DNA from: Paraglomus brasilianum
Taxonomy: Eukaryota
Length of the DNA stretch: 50,379 nt
Assembly (NCBI GenBank): GCA_910592345.1
Contig: CAJVPI010000135.1
Location: forward strand, 1 to 50,379
Reading direction: 5' to 3'
The notes beneath the pieces were generated by a model. The model had not been told where the DNA came from, did not search any database, and worked only from the letters and a program-made list of their open reading frames with translations. Shown one piece after another: positions 1 to 13,188 of the stretch. Each line of letters opens with the position of its first letter. Position 1 is the stretch's first letter. The translations under genes and the position numbers were made by a program.

Positions 1-2053
1 GATCAGCAAATCTTGTCGAATAATGGAATAGCATGGGATTCAGAGGATGAAGTAGTTCTTTATAGAAGGTTAATAATTGTTGTAAAATTTAGAATGGCTA
101 CATTATTTACTGGGTAATAATAACGTAATATTCATTGACGCCTACTTATACAGTATTTGAACATGAGAGTTTATTTGGTATAATATACAATAGTTGGTAT
201 ATAGTAATAGAAGACAACATCAACAAAGTATTTATTCTATTTTCCTCATTGTTTTGTTATATTAATCAGGACTGATACATAATGGGTACGCTTATATCAA
301 TGCTTTTCCATACTGGCCGCAAGCTAACGTTAAATGAGGAATTGCATGTGAAAATTCATGTTGATCACTTTCCCCGCAATATTTCTGAACTATAATGTCA
401 CAACGACCTGCCTTAATATTTTTCCGATGCAAGTGACACATGTTGCAGTTTCAAACGGGTGTATTCATCATGTATTAACGTTGTCTAATACAACCTAGTT
501 CAGTTTTCCGAACTGAATGATTTTATCGCCCTAGACTTGCGCTGTATTTGAACTTTACGAAAGAATTATCTAAGCAAAGATCATTACTAGTTTCCTGAAT
601 AAGTTTCTCGAAAAGTCTTGATTCATAATCGCTTCGCTTGGTTTATTGTTTCCTGACGGCTAAAGAAAAGAACCGACAACCCCTTTTGGTCATTTGCTTT
701 TGTGAAAGAATGACCACTCGATGACTTATATTATCAACTTAGCTTTACTTAGGATAGTAATAGATCTACAGTATTTAAGCCTGGAAAAGTACTCGGCCCT
801 TGATTTCTTTATTTGTCAAATTTTATGGGAAAGCTTCAGCATATTGAATGTGTATTGCGTGCATGACACATTGTAAAGAAGAGTCTTTTACAAAAGTAAC
901 GCTGACTTGGTCAAACTTGTTGTTATTCACACCTTGAGTGTAGATGAAAATAATCAATAAAACTGGTGTGGTTCTAATTGACTTTAAACAAAATATTTGA
1001 TATATTCACAAGACATATTATCTAATCTTCCATAATTCTTTTTGTATTAATTACATTGAACACATGGTCACTGTTAACAGACTGATTATGGAACCTCTTG
1101 GCCTCAATCACACAATCGTTAGACGAAATTGAGCCGTTCCTCAATTTCACGATTTTCTTTCAACATAAATAGTACAACGAAAGTTCTTCAGAGAAGGCTC
1201 GTGAATTCATTCGTGTGGGATTGGTACGCTTTTATATGTTATCATCTACAGTATCTATATTAGTAGGGGAACCCCCGAAAGTTCGTACTATTAGGCGATC
1301 CGTGCACTACCATCAGATGACATGTAGATCATTCTATCCAAGTAGGGTTTTGTTCGCCGACCGTTTTTGTAATATCCTCCCAATCAAACCCTCTATCCTT
1401 GGCAATCTGTCGTTTAATGGCTACCAATGTACCTTAAAGTCTCCTCACGAGATCACATCTGAGTATTCATGTTGCAGAGTACAATCCATACACGGAGTAA
1501 CTATGCTTGTTTATTTTTTGGAGAAAAAATGTGTGGAGTATCATGAGTATCATCAGGTCTGTTTCTATTCTTGAAATTTTGGAAATTCTCTTCTGGTCCC
1601 TAGTCGAAACTCGATGGAGGATTCGTCTTAACAATTGGCGCCCCGGACGGACGATCAAGAATGGGGTTAACGTTTATCCTATTCACAGATGATTCTCAAC
1701 AACTTTTATTATGAAAATAATTATTATATGAGGTAGGTAGTAAAAGGTATATCTGATTGGAAGGAAAGGTCAAGAGATTTTCTATATAAGAACTTTGAAT
1801 ATAGACGTTGCTCCACCGTCTAATATCAAAAAAGCAGAAACTAAAATTTACCCCCATATCTTTTTCTCCCCATATCTTCCCTCCTCTCCGAATCTCTTAA
1901 TGAGCGATTAGAATTTTTTCTTTTTCAAAACTATTGCATGCGCTGTGCGTTTTGCGATGTCATTGGCATTTTCATTCTCGTCGAAACCAACCATATCTCA
2001 GTTGATCCAGCAAATTCTGCATTATCTCTACCGCGATAGAAAAATACTAAATA

Positions 2054-4811
2054 ATGGCTACTACTTTTCCAACGGGCCCGGATATTGATGAGAAAAAGTT
2101 CTGGACCACAGATTGTAGCAATAATAATAGCAATAATCAATTCAATTATATAACAAGTAAGGGCGGCAGCGGTGGCGATGTTTGGATCATGGGAAGGTTG
2201 GTAAAGTTTATTAGGAAAAACTAATTAGAGTAACTCCAATCATTAACTCTACCTGACATGCTAGAGTCAAGAAGGAGAGTTATGAAAAATCAAAGAATGC
2301 CGGCCTGTCCAACAGGCAAAATGGACAAGATGTAGATGACTTGCTGAGTGACAATATCGCTGATTCGGAAGAGGAGGATGATTATACTCGCGATGACGCA
2401 AAGGTAATACCCCCGTAAGCGGTTTTGATATTTCATCCACACCGCTCTGCTTATTGGCCAGAAACTAAGGACTTGGAATTTTTGTTTAGGATGACGAAGG
2501 CCACCTGAAACGAACTTCATTTCAAGAGAAGCTGTATCATTTCTTTGAAGTACCCCGGAGTCTTGCCGCTAGACTTTTCTCGGTTTTCTCTGCTTTGTGC
2601 ACTGTTGGAGCCGTGATTTTAATCTGCCTTAATTCTCTGCCAAAGTATGAGCTGTCTAATCAGCTTTTATTGTGAGTAAAAAAAAAAGTATTTAGTGTTT
2701 TGAATTGTCTGCTTGATACATACAATTGATTGAGACTTGACTCGGGCTGCAAGTTTCTTGTTAAACAAGATTCAATAGTAATCTGATTATCTGTTTTCCA
2801 GGATGCCGTTTCGCCTTCTTTTCAATGTGACGTTTACCGTGGAATATTTGGGGAGATTCTTTGCCTCGGCGAATAAACAAAAGTTCTTCTTTGGTGAGTT
2901 GCTTGATTTCTTAGTTAACAATGTATATAGTTGACGCAATAACTGGCTAACGTAACAACTGGCCTAATCATCTAGGACTAATGAGTTTACTCGACCTGAT
3001 TGCAATTATTCCATTCTTTATTCAACTCGCTATTCCGAGGCAAGACCTATGGACCAACACTAGTAAACAGGTGATCTTTTATAATACATAGTGACATTGA
3101 CAACTTCTTTACATTGACTTTAATCGATCTTTTTATGCTCGTCTTGATATTTGACATGACATATTTTATGCGTATTAATAAGTTCACTTGCGTTTATCTA
3201 GAATGCGTCCCATTTTCTAAGCATTTTGCAACTTGTCAGGATCATTCGACTGTCCGACTTTACAAGGCACACGGTTGGATTCCGGGTAAATTGATTTAAC
3301 ATGCTCATTCAGCTCTTCAAATTTCTCAATTATTATTAAATCATGCAATTCTTTCTTCATACAAGGCTGCCATGAAAGTCGTGCGACGTTCATCACACCA
3401 AATATTGTTTATGTCATTTTGGTATTTCTCCATTCTCATTCTTTCATCCAGTTTGATGTTTTTGACAGAACGAGGAGAATTTGACGCAGAACAAAATCTA
3501 TGGGTTAGAAGAAACCCAAATGGGCACTTGGAAATAAGTCCCTTTCAATCCATAATTCATTCATTTTATTGGTCTGTCGTCACACTATCAACGACTGGTT
3601 ACGGCGATGATGTTCCATACACCGTATGGGGAAGAATTGTAACGGGCACTGCGATAACATGCGGAATATTAGTCCTTGTCATACCAGCTTCGATAATCGG
3701 ATCGAACCTGAGTGTCGAATGGACGCGTGCCCGTCGCTTGGCCAAACTAAAGAAAACTCGGCAGCTTGCACAAACGCCAAAAAATCCTGCAAACATTGCG
3801 TTATGGCAAATCAGGTATCTGCAAAGGCGGAATCGACAATTGGTGGAAGCAATCGCCGAAGTGCAAGAAGTGCTGGCAGATGTGAATCCGCGCAAGTACT
3901 ATCGACGATACCGGAAAATACAAATAGAGCATGTGGCCGCTTTGAAGAGAATCGCTGAATTGGAGGCATCGCTTGACTGGTGGAAACAGATTGCGTGCAA
4001 TCGCTGCGAGCATCAACAGCAGCTCGACAGTTATGGCAAACTGCAACATTGTTCCACAGACATTATTGTTGATGAGAAGACATGTATGCCGAACGAAGCG
4101 GTTAATGAACCGTATAGATCGTCGGTACGCGGCATAGAAAGTTTTGGGTGCATGATACCTCCTCCGAGGATGTTTCCTGGATTCTTGACAGATGCCAATA
4201 TGATATCGGACGGCGACTATAAATCGACAAACGAAAAGGAGCTATCGGTTACCGAAACGACGACGGCGGCGGTGGCGAAAAACGACCCTCGCAAACGAAA
4301 AAGCAATATGGTCATCACCACCACCATCAATGCACTTAACCCTTTCAAGATGTTTAGACGTTCTAGCCGATCGTCAGAGCGGGACATGCCAGCAGCAAAC
4401 ACCACCACCTCGTCCTTTGATACACATTCGATCGAACATCCCATCACCGCTCCCGAGTCTGCATACCTCCACACAAACAAGGATAAATATGACCATCCGC
4501 AAAGTGTAACGACGGCTCCAGTGAAGGCATCTGCTCGGCTCACGCCAAACGATCTGATTCGATCGGCCACTCTGCCGTGCGGAGAGTGTCCCAAGTATAG
4601 CGATAAAAACGCGTTGGCTGTGGGAGAGAGTGGGTTGATGGATTTGTTTCAGCAGAGAATCGATGCGAGTGGCATGGGCGGGGGTAATGCCGCCATTCAA
4701 AGCAAAAAAGATAATACTGGTAGCGGTGATGCTGACGTTGATGTTGATGATAACACGGGTGGCATTGAAATTGTTGTTGAACGTGAAATTGGTAACAGCG
4801 ATGGACTCTAG
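2054..4811 (+). CDS. Voltage-gated (Shaker/Kv-like, 6-TM) potassium channel; exons approx 2054-2196, 2265-2403, 2490-2671, 2802-2893, 2976-3070, 3202-3285, 3366-4811
   Basis: Last exon has the selectivity filter SFYWSVVTLSTTGYGD and S6 (LVLVIPASIIGSNL). Upstream GT-AG exons splice in frame to give pre-S1 KLYHFFEVPRSLAARLF, S2 FTVEYLGRFF, S3 LLDLIAIIPFFI and S4 LSILQLVRIIRLSDFTRH. A coiled-coil and low-complexity tail follow. Confidence 0.9.
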
Positions 4812-6991
4812 TGCAACAAAGGATCTCGTCCGCCGTACACGAGGGTGTGGTGAGTTGTGATTGTATAGAAGTCTAATTAATTTGTAAAAAATAATTTTCA
4901 GCGTCTTACAGTCCTTTGATAGACTGTATATAGTTGTATAGGTGCATATCATATGTTATCAGATTAGGTGTGTCACGCGTAATTGATATATTCCGAAATT
5001 AGTCGTAATAGTAATAATAATAATAGTGACTGTAGCATTATCAGTCAATTTTGTATTTTCGTATAAATTCAAATATAGAATTGTTCGATGTATATAACTG
5101 CTTGAAATGGATATATTGATTGCTTCCCGAAGCATTGTGATGGCCATAATTTTTCGGAAAATAATTGAACCGGCCGGCAATAACTAACCGAAATACGTTT
5201 AGTCCGGATCACTGTAAAATACACTACCAAGATAGTACGTCTCCCATAGATGGAAGTATTAGAAGTAGTGGTTTGATTGCTTCAAAGCCGCCATAATATA
5301 TTTTTTTTTTAATGAACAAGTGCAATAGTTATAAATAATTGACAGTGCACGAGCTATTAACGTTATCTGATATAAAACCTCATAACAGCAGATTGTACAG
5401 AAAGAAAGGGTTTGAAATTGCATAATAGTTTCGTTTATTTAGAGTCTTTTACGCATAAAAGCAAGGGAACGAATCACTAAACACATACACGAGCAACAAT
5501 GGACATAAGGTACATTGTGCATCTTACTAACTTCTTTTGGTTTTTCTCTGATCGTTCTTAATTTTCCTTCAAATACCCATTTATCGTAATTTTCTATGTA
5601 GATCTTTGCGGCTAACCCCCAATCCGCGAGAGCATATTTATAGCCGAAAAAGCGCTTTACATACCATCTCATTCGTAAATCATATTTTTTTTCCAGATGT
5701 CGTCATAAAAGCATAAGAAAATAATTACTGAACTTATTTTATACACGCTTCGTCATATGCTGTCATGCCAATTAAATTCGAGAAAAAAATAAATAACCAT
5801 TTTTTTTTTAATTATTTATTTATAAACTAAGAATCGTATTGAAGCAAAAGCGCAAATCGAGTTACAGTATACCATAATAATCTTAAGTAATTGACAACTA
5901 GAGTTTAATTAATATACCCTCTTCCGTCATGCTGAATTAAAATCCAATCGTACGATATTGATATTTGGTACTTTTTGTGCGAAAATTATATATATACAGC
6001 TAAAAACAACAAAACTAAATCACTGTCAAACTTTTTTATCTAATAACAACAGAAACTATCTTATTTATAAGTAGTTTTTTCTTCTGCATATACAGTATGT
6101 AACGGAATGCTGATGTCATAATACTGCAGTTTTTTTTCGTGTGTTTGGAAGAATACTGATGTCGTAATGCTGCATGTTATACAACTTTACATTAAAGAAA
6201 ACAAAACCAGGTTTCTTATATACAGCATATGTGTCACTATCATTCTTTTATCTGGATAATAAACAACTGTCTTATTCTAATACTAAATACTCTGTGACAG
6301 AATACTAATGTCGCAATATTGTATGTTAGGTTCAAGGAAAAAAACGTAAACGGTTATCTTAATTAAATGTTCAAATAACAACAAATTCTTGAAAACAAAT
6401 TTTATTAGCACAATAAAATCCCATACATCATTTATCAAACTTTTAACATTTAACTAAAACCAACCGTTCACCATAATCGTATTCTACAAAATCACATTTC
6501 AAATAAGCAGGCCAATTATATCTCATCCAAAGCTAACACTTTTTCCCCAAAGGCCGATTTTATCCTATATCCAGCAAATAATATGTTCGTCCATTTCGAT
6601 TCACCAGCTGTACATGTCATCTACATTCAAGCAGAAAATTGATCCTGATCCGAACATCGGATGCTAAAAGTTAAATAGAATATTTCTAAATTTTGCAAAT
6701 AAACCTTATTATTATGCACCAAAAACAATCCTGATTGGCTCGCAACATCGACGTGCGTGCGTGTCATTGTATTATGATGCGTATAAATTAGTCGATGTAA
6801 ACTTTTATTGGGCCATCACGTTACCGATTGTCGACAAAGTCGGCGTTATCCGAAATACGACAATCTTCACTGTATAAGCCACACAGTACGTCTCAGGCAT
6901 CGGTTTCATAAATCAACTCGCGGAATTCGATATAGTGATTTGTCAAGAAAATAAAAATTTGGTTTGAAGGTATCGACAGTAGGCAAATTAG

Positions 6992-7273
6992 ATGTTTACA
7001 ACAATAAGCTCTATGCCGAGCTTCACAACTTCGATTATTTCCCTTAAAACCAGTTCTCTGCAAATCAGATCAACTGGAGAACCCCAAAAATTCCCAAATT
7101 ACCTCTACACAATCGAAAACGAACTAAGAAAACTGACAACTCAACACCTTCTACTTCCGAAAACCACGTCAGTAGACCAACAAAAAACTGAATTGGCATC
7201 AACAATTGAGGAATCTAAAAGATATTATGTGCAAACAAAAACTCTTGAAAAGATAACAAAATTACAAATCTAG
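6992..7273 (+). CDS. Possible small hypothetical protein (93 aa) upstream of the kinase
   Basis: ATG-initiated ORF with protein-like composition, but no recognisable motif. May be non-coding or a relic. Confidence 0.2.
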   Translation: MFTTISSMPSFTTSIISLKTSSLQIRSTGEPQKFPNYLYTIENELRKLTTQHLLLPKTTSVDQQKTELASTIEESKRYYVQTKTLEKITKLQI

Positions 7274-7420
7274 CGTTAAAATTACCATCATACAAAGAGT
7301 CGTCATAACCCCAATCTAGTTTGTTAAGAAAGAAACAGAGTTGCCATGACGAATCTATGCGCAATGTAACACAATATAAGTCGAGAATTCTCTCCGAGAA
7401 AAAATTTTTAATTCAAAACT

Positions 7421-10110
7421 ATGTCGTTAATTCCAGGGGCTGTTAATAGTTCAGCAATTGACAACTTAATTCAATCATGCAAATATGCATGTATTCCTTA
7501 CAGGGAAATCAGCAACATGAAGCCAACTCAACTTAACAACGTCTATTATAGTACTTCTTACTATGGCAGGACGATATTGGTATTCCTTGGAAGCATCGAC
7601 GAATGTACACCAACACTTGTGAGTGAGTTTGCCAGAATATACTCACTTCCAACGCACAAGTACAACAATGACGTTAATCAGTTTAGAAGATATTCCAGAT
7701 GGCTCAAGGAGCGCAACAAATTCATAATTGGATTTACTAAATATGATGATAACTATTACATGGTTGCTAAGAGACGCTTTTACTATTGTTACTCTCGATA
7801 TGGATTCTGCTCCGCATGTGGAATACTCCGATGTAGTCCCGTGTGGTGCATTTGCGGTCATAAACAATTATCCGATGGATGGACTAGCAACAATAAGCAA
7901 CTCGATGGGTTTATTAAGAAATCTCAATTACAAACAAACTCACCAAATCATGCCTATTTGGAATGGATTCCATTTGATCATATTCGGGATGGGGGATATG
8001 ACATACACTTATATGGTCTACCTTGTCAATTTGTTAAATTGATTCCACTTGAAATAACGGATGAAACAGATTATGACAAGGTAAGCTATTTACTTATGCG
8101 TCATGTTTGTTGAATATTTTAAATAATTGCTGACTTATCATTATGTACCATTTCCACTAGTTAGGTGACGAGCATCCAGATATTCTTACCACAGATGTTT
8201 GGGCGACTATCGGATTTACGTACAATGCAAGTAAACAAATGTATTGTCTAGTAAAATATGACGCACTCCGTTGTTATATCATCGGATTTATACGTGAACC
8301 AAAGTATTTATGTCTGGCATGTACAGAGCAATTAAACCCCAAGATAAATGCTTTCTGTTTCAAATGTAAAGCACCAATACCTCCTGATTGGACAACTGGC
8401 AACAAATCTTTGGATTCATTCATTATGGAGTCGTGGAATAATACAACGAGAATATATGATGCCTATGATGTGCCTGAGTTTTGGAACCCAGACGCTTGGT
8501 CCATAATTGAGGCAGGCCCCCAACTGAGGGACAGCACCTATATACAATGGATTGAGTACACTCTATTGACATGCATACAACAGATGACATCATTACGCCA
8601 TGGATACATACATATAGCAGATTGGTTAGATACAAGAACAAATGAATTGACAAAAGTGATGCTCAAAAAGATAGTTGATGGACAGGATGTCCAGTTATTT
8701 GATTTTCATCAGGTAAATTATTTTAGGCATGTAATGCAAATCAAGTCTATGTTGCATTGATCGATGTATATGTAATGATTGCATTGTTTACTCAAATAGC
8801 TAACTCAGGAATACCCAGAAATATTAAGACCCGAGAATACTTGGATAATTGGAATCACTCAAGAACCATCCACTCAAGCATATTATTTAGTTTTCTTCTA
8901 TGAAATACTAATACGTCCAGTTTTGGACAAAATTATACAACTCAACAGGCATGTAAGACATATGCAGTATGATGACTTTTATGAACTTAAAGAGATCGGA
9001 TCAGGTGGCTATGGAACAGTCTATACTGCTGAGTATAAAAACTATTTAAAAGACAATACGGCAGAAACAGTTGTACTAAAACAATTTAAGAATTTTGAAA
9101 TGCCGGACTTATTTATTTCTGAGGTAAGCAATCTTTGATATACCCACTAACATGATATTTAATCTGATTCTGTATTTATTTTTATCTAATAGTTCAGCAA
9201 TCATGTCAAGTGCGCAGAAGGCTATAGTCGATTTCTTAAAATTTATGGAGCTGCACAAGATCCAGTAACAAAAGAGTACAGTATTGTTATGCAATATGCC
9301 AATGGTGGTAATCTTTTGTCTTATTTGGATCAAAGTGTTAACAAATTGACGTGGAGGATGAAATTACAATATCTGGAGGATATTGTATATTATCTGAAAG
9401 ATATTCATAATGTGGGATTAGTGCATTGTGATCTTCATGGCGGGAACATAGTTTTGCACAATAATGAGGACAATGGGCGGATAGAATCATTTATTTGCGA
9501 TCTTGGTCTTTCACAATTAGTGAATTCAAGTGAACCAAATTCAGCCATTCGAGGTGTTTTACCCTTTATCGCGCCGGAAGTTTTTCATACTTACAAGTTT
9601 ACTCAAAAATCAGACATATATTCTTTTGGTATTATTATGTACTTAATTGCCACTGGTGAACTACCTTTTAGAGATAGAGAATTCGATAGAGATTTAGTGT
9701 GTGATATTATGGGTGGACTACGACCAAGGATGCCTGACTCAGCACCAGAGGAATACAAGAAACTTGCCAGGCAGTGTTGTGATGCTGATCCTGACAAACG
9801 TCCAGATGCATTCACAATTTGGCCTTATATTATCAACCTTGGGCAAGAGGTGGACAAGTATAATCCTCAAACCAATGCATGGCATGCCATTTATCATAAC
9901 AATGTAAAACCTTTATCACGTCTCGAAAAGGAGAGTAAATACTCTAGTAAGCTCCTACCTACTGGAGATTTGCCTAAGCCGAGAAATAGCTATGATTGTG
10001 ATTTGGATTCAGCTGCAGGTATGAAGACAACATATTGATACAAATGAATTCAATTTACAATGTTAATACTGTCCATTTCTTATAATTTAGTGACTCAAAC
10101 TCTTTTTTAA
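7421..10110 (+). CDS. Tyrosine-kinase-like (TKL) protein kinase of the Glomeromycotina-type expanded family; exons 7421-8080, 8161-8712, 8800-9123, 9193-10018, 10091-10110 (or stop at 10038 if the last intron is not spliced)
   Basis: Motifs IGSGGYGTVY, VVLK, HCDLHGGN, ICDLGLS, GVLPFIAPE, SDIYSFG and CCDADPDKRP. Two WT(S/T)xNK..D.FI...(E/Q)WI modules. Three phase-0 GT-AG introns join the ORFs in frame. Confidence 0.9.
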
Positions 10111-10307
10111 ATAAACTTGTAATTCACGTGTGTACTTCTCTTCCAATTACATGTCAATATGGTTGAGTTAATAGAATTCTGAAATAAAGTCGTGGATGCT
10201 CAAAATCTTCGATTGAAAATTTCCGGCAATCATGCAAGCACTGCTTATCAATGGTATTAATATTAGCTCGTAATAACAACAGCAGCGGAAATAAAACTTG
10301 AAATATA

Positions 10308-11112
10308 CACTCAGTGGAAAAAGTCACAGACACTTTATATATTCGAATACTGCTCAGGATAATGTATAATAAAATGATTGTGAATTTTTACCATAGTTTA
10401 TATTTAGTATCCATAAATAATTCTATAACATAACAGTCGCGAATATTGATGTAAACAAAGTCAATTAATAACAAAGTTTTCTTCGATCTCTCTTTTCATT
10501 ACGTAAAAATTACGCGAAAATGAGTAACCAGCTTTCAGTTAGGAATAGAAGAGAACTTACTGAATGTGAACGTGCAAAAATTATTACCCTTTCAGAAGAT
10601 GGGCAATCGGTGCGTAAAATATAAAAAAAAACTCGGTTACCCTAAGTCTACTGTTCAAGATACAATTTCCCGTTACAAGACTAAAGGAGGCACCCATAGT
10701 GCACCACGATGCAGCCACCCTTCCTTGCTTGATGAAAATGCAAAAATTATTTAAAGAAAATAGTAGAGAACAAACCACGAATAACTGTTAATGAAATTCA
10801 AAAAGACTTTGTTGAATCAGACCTTCAGATATCAACAAAAACAATTAGAACTTATTGCCATGGATTCACAAGAAATTCAATCATCGCCGTTATTTTTCCA
10901 ACAAGATAATGCACCCATCCATACTGCCAAAGACACAAAAGGACTGGATGTCTCAGAAACAGGTTAAGGTTCTTAAAGTGGCCCGCACAATCACCTGATC
11001 TAAACCCGATTGAATCTATGGGGTGAACTGCAAAGAAACGAAATTTACCCATTTTGCATTAATTTTTAAATAAATAATAATAAAGTGTCCAGTGACTTTT
11101 TTCCACTGAGTG
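10308..11112 (+). mobile_element. Tc1/mariner (Tc1-like) DNA transposon, internally deleted and non-autonomous
   Basis: About 32-bp imperfect TIRs (CACTCAGTGGAAAAAGTCACAGACACTTTAT / ATAAAGTGTCCAGTGACTTTTTTCCACTGAGTG) flanked by TA on both sides. Frameshifted transposase: HTH (ELTECERAKIITL..LGYPKSTVQDTISRY), IFQQDNAPIHTAK and WPAQSPDLNPIE. Confidence 0.93.
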
Positions 11113-11380
11113 TATGTGTGCCACAAAAACTGCTCCGTTCATATACATCTGGCCGACAGTCTGGGCAAATCAGTAATAATAATAACATACGTATAGTATG
11201 CACTCATTATTCTCGATAATGATTGCTCATTCGCTTGTGGACCGCCTACAATTTTTTCTAATCGGACATGGTCCATAGTAAAGTAATGGTTGCAAGGCTA
11301 ATATTCGCCTAACCGAAATAGGAAGAAATCTAGATTTTTTGATCCAAATAACAAATTTTTAGATCTCGTTATCACCGGTC

Positions 11381-12862
11381 ATGTATGCATTCACGCAATT
11401 AAGACTTGGCGTTTGCCACTCCAAAACCCTCCTGTTTCCTGCTGTGTCCCTTCAATGTCTTTTCCCACATTTGCACTTTCGAAATTTCTCCATCCAAACG
11501 TCATTCTCTTCTTCCCAAATCACAGCTCTTGGCATAGAAACCTCCTGTGACGATACAGCAGTAGGCATTGTCACCTCTTCTCGTGTCATTCTCAGTGACT
11601 GCATTCATCTTCAATCCCACCTTCACGAACCCAAGGGCGGGATAGTGCCCACACTAGCTATGGTAAGTCATAGAAAGAGTCTACCGACTGTGATTAGAGA
11701 CGCAGTGGAAAAGGCAAGAGTTGACGTTCTCAGGGATGTTGATATCATTGCTGTTACAAGGGGACCGGGATTAGGTCCCTGTTTGGGCGTTGGCGTAGAT
11801 GCAGCTAAGAGTCTGGCTTGTGTTTTGAGGTAAGAGTGGAAACACGAGTTTGAGAATTGGGAAAGCATGTGAAGTTAGGATACTTTGCTTTTACTATGAA
11901 TCTTATGGGATGGTCTGATTGATGTCAGGAAGCCGATAATCGGAGTTCATCATATGGTAATCATGACAACCCGCTTCTTTATTAACTATTCACGTCCGTT
12001 ACAAACTCTCATTCGTTTTTAATTTATTGTTAATTAGGAAGCTCACGCTCTAACTCCGCGTCTCTTGAACCCACTTCTCTCCTTTCCCTATCTGACTCTA
12101 TTAATTTCCGGTGGCCATACTCTAATACTATTGACCCGCCGCGTGAATACTCATACTATTCTCTCTACGACGATTGATGACTCGATTGGCGAAGCATTTG
12201 ACAAAGTCACCCGTCTCCTAAACCTTCCCTGGCTTCCTGGGCGTTCTGGTGGTCCTGGTGCTACACTTGAACGCTATGCTTCTCTTGGCGATGCCTCTAA
12301 ATATAACTTCCCAATCCCAATGACCAAAGACAAATCTCAACTTCAAAATTCAAACATGAGTTTTAGTGGATTGAAAACCGCAGTGAAATATTTGATTGAG
12401 GAGGAAAAGTTGGATGTAGAAGATGAGGAGGTCAGGAGAGATCTGGCAGCCGCGTTTCAATATGCCGCTGTGGAGCATTTGATCGGAAAACTGCGTCTGT
12501 GCATAAAAGAATGTTGCAAGGGAGAGTTGGATGTGAGAAAATTGGTTTGTAGTGGAGGTGTTGCGAGAAATGGGTTTATTAGAGAGAGGTAAGGGAAACA
12601 GTAATTGGGAAGGTTTTCTCAGGAGTAGGATTTACTGCATCGCAACATATTGCTCCTCTTTCCATCTTTTGATTATTTTTATAATAGGTTGAACAAACTA
12701 GCGATGGAATACGATCTTGAACTATTTTTCCCGCCCCCTGAGCTTTGCACAGATAATGGAGTAATGATTGCATGGGCTGGAATTGAGAGATATCAATGTG
12801 GCCTAATCGATGATTACTTTTTTGAACAAATACCGAAATGGCCGATTGATAGTTTGGGATAA
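11381..12862 (+). CDS. QRI7: Mitochondrial tRNA N6-adenosine threonylcarbamoyltransferase (Qri7/OSGEPL1/TsaD); exons 11381-11829, 11929-11956, 12038-12588, 12688-12862
   Basis: LGIETSCDDT, AVTRGPGL, GVHHMEAH (across introns), LLISGGHT, GEAFDK, SFSGLKT, SGGVARN and CTDNGVMIAWAG. N-terminus resembles a mitochondrial presequence. Confidence 0.92.
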
Positions 12863-13188
12863 GAATATGGGTCGTGCTTGAAGAGTGAGTGACTTGCGAG
12901 AGTAATAGAGATTTAAGCAGTTGAGAAGACAAGTCGTGAGGATACGACCCTTTCGAAGATGAAAAAATTCTAGTCTTGCATATAAGTAACGATGGGCACG
13001 CTACATAGTTGATGACTTTTAAGAAATATGTGTCTATTTCACACGGAGACCTTCATAGATCATGAACAATAAATAACGCAATTATCAACAGACAATGTAC
13101 ATGTTATTCAATATTAACTGCGTTCTAATGTTCACATACATTAGAACTTATCGTACGAGTCGAACAAAAGTACCGTCTTATTCTCAAG

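Noticed and set aside
3599..4952. Overlapping alternative-frame and antisense ORFs in the channel's last exon
   Set aside because: Explained as shadows of a relatively GC-rich coding exon.
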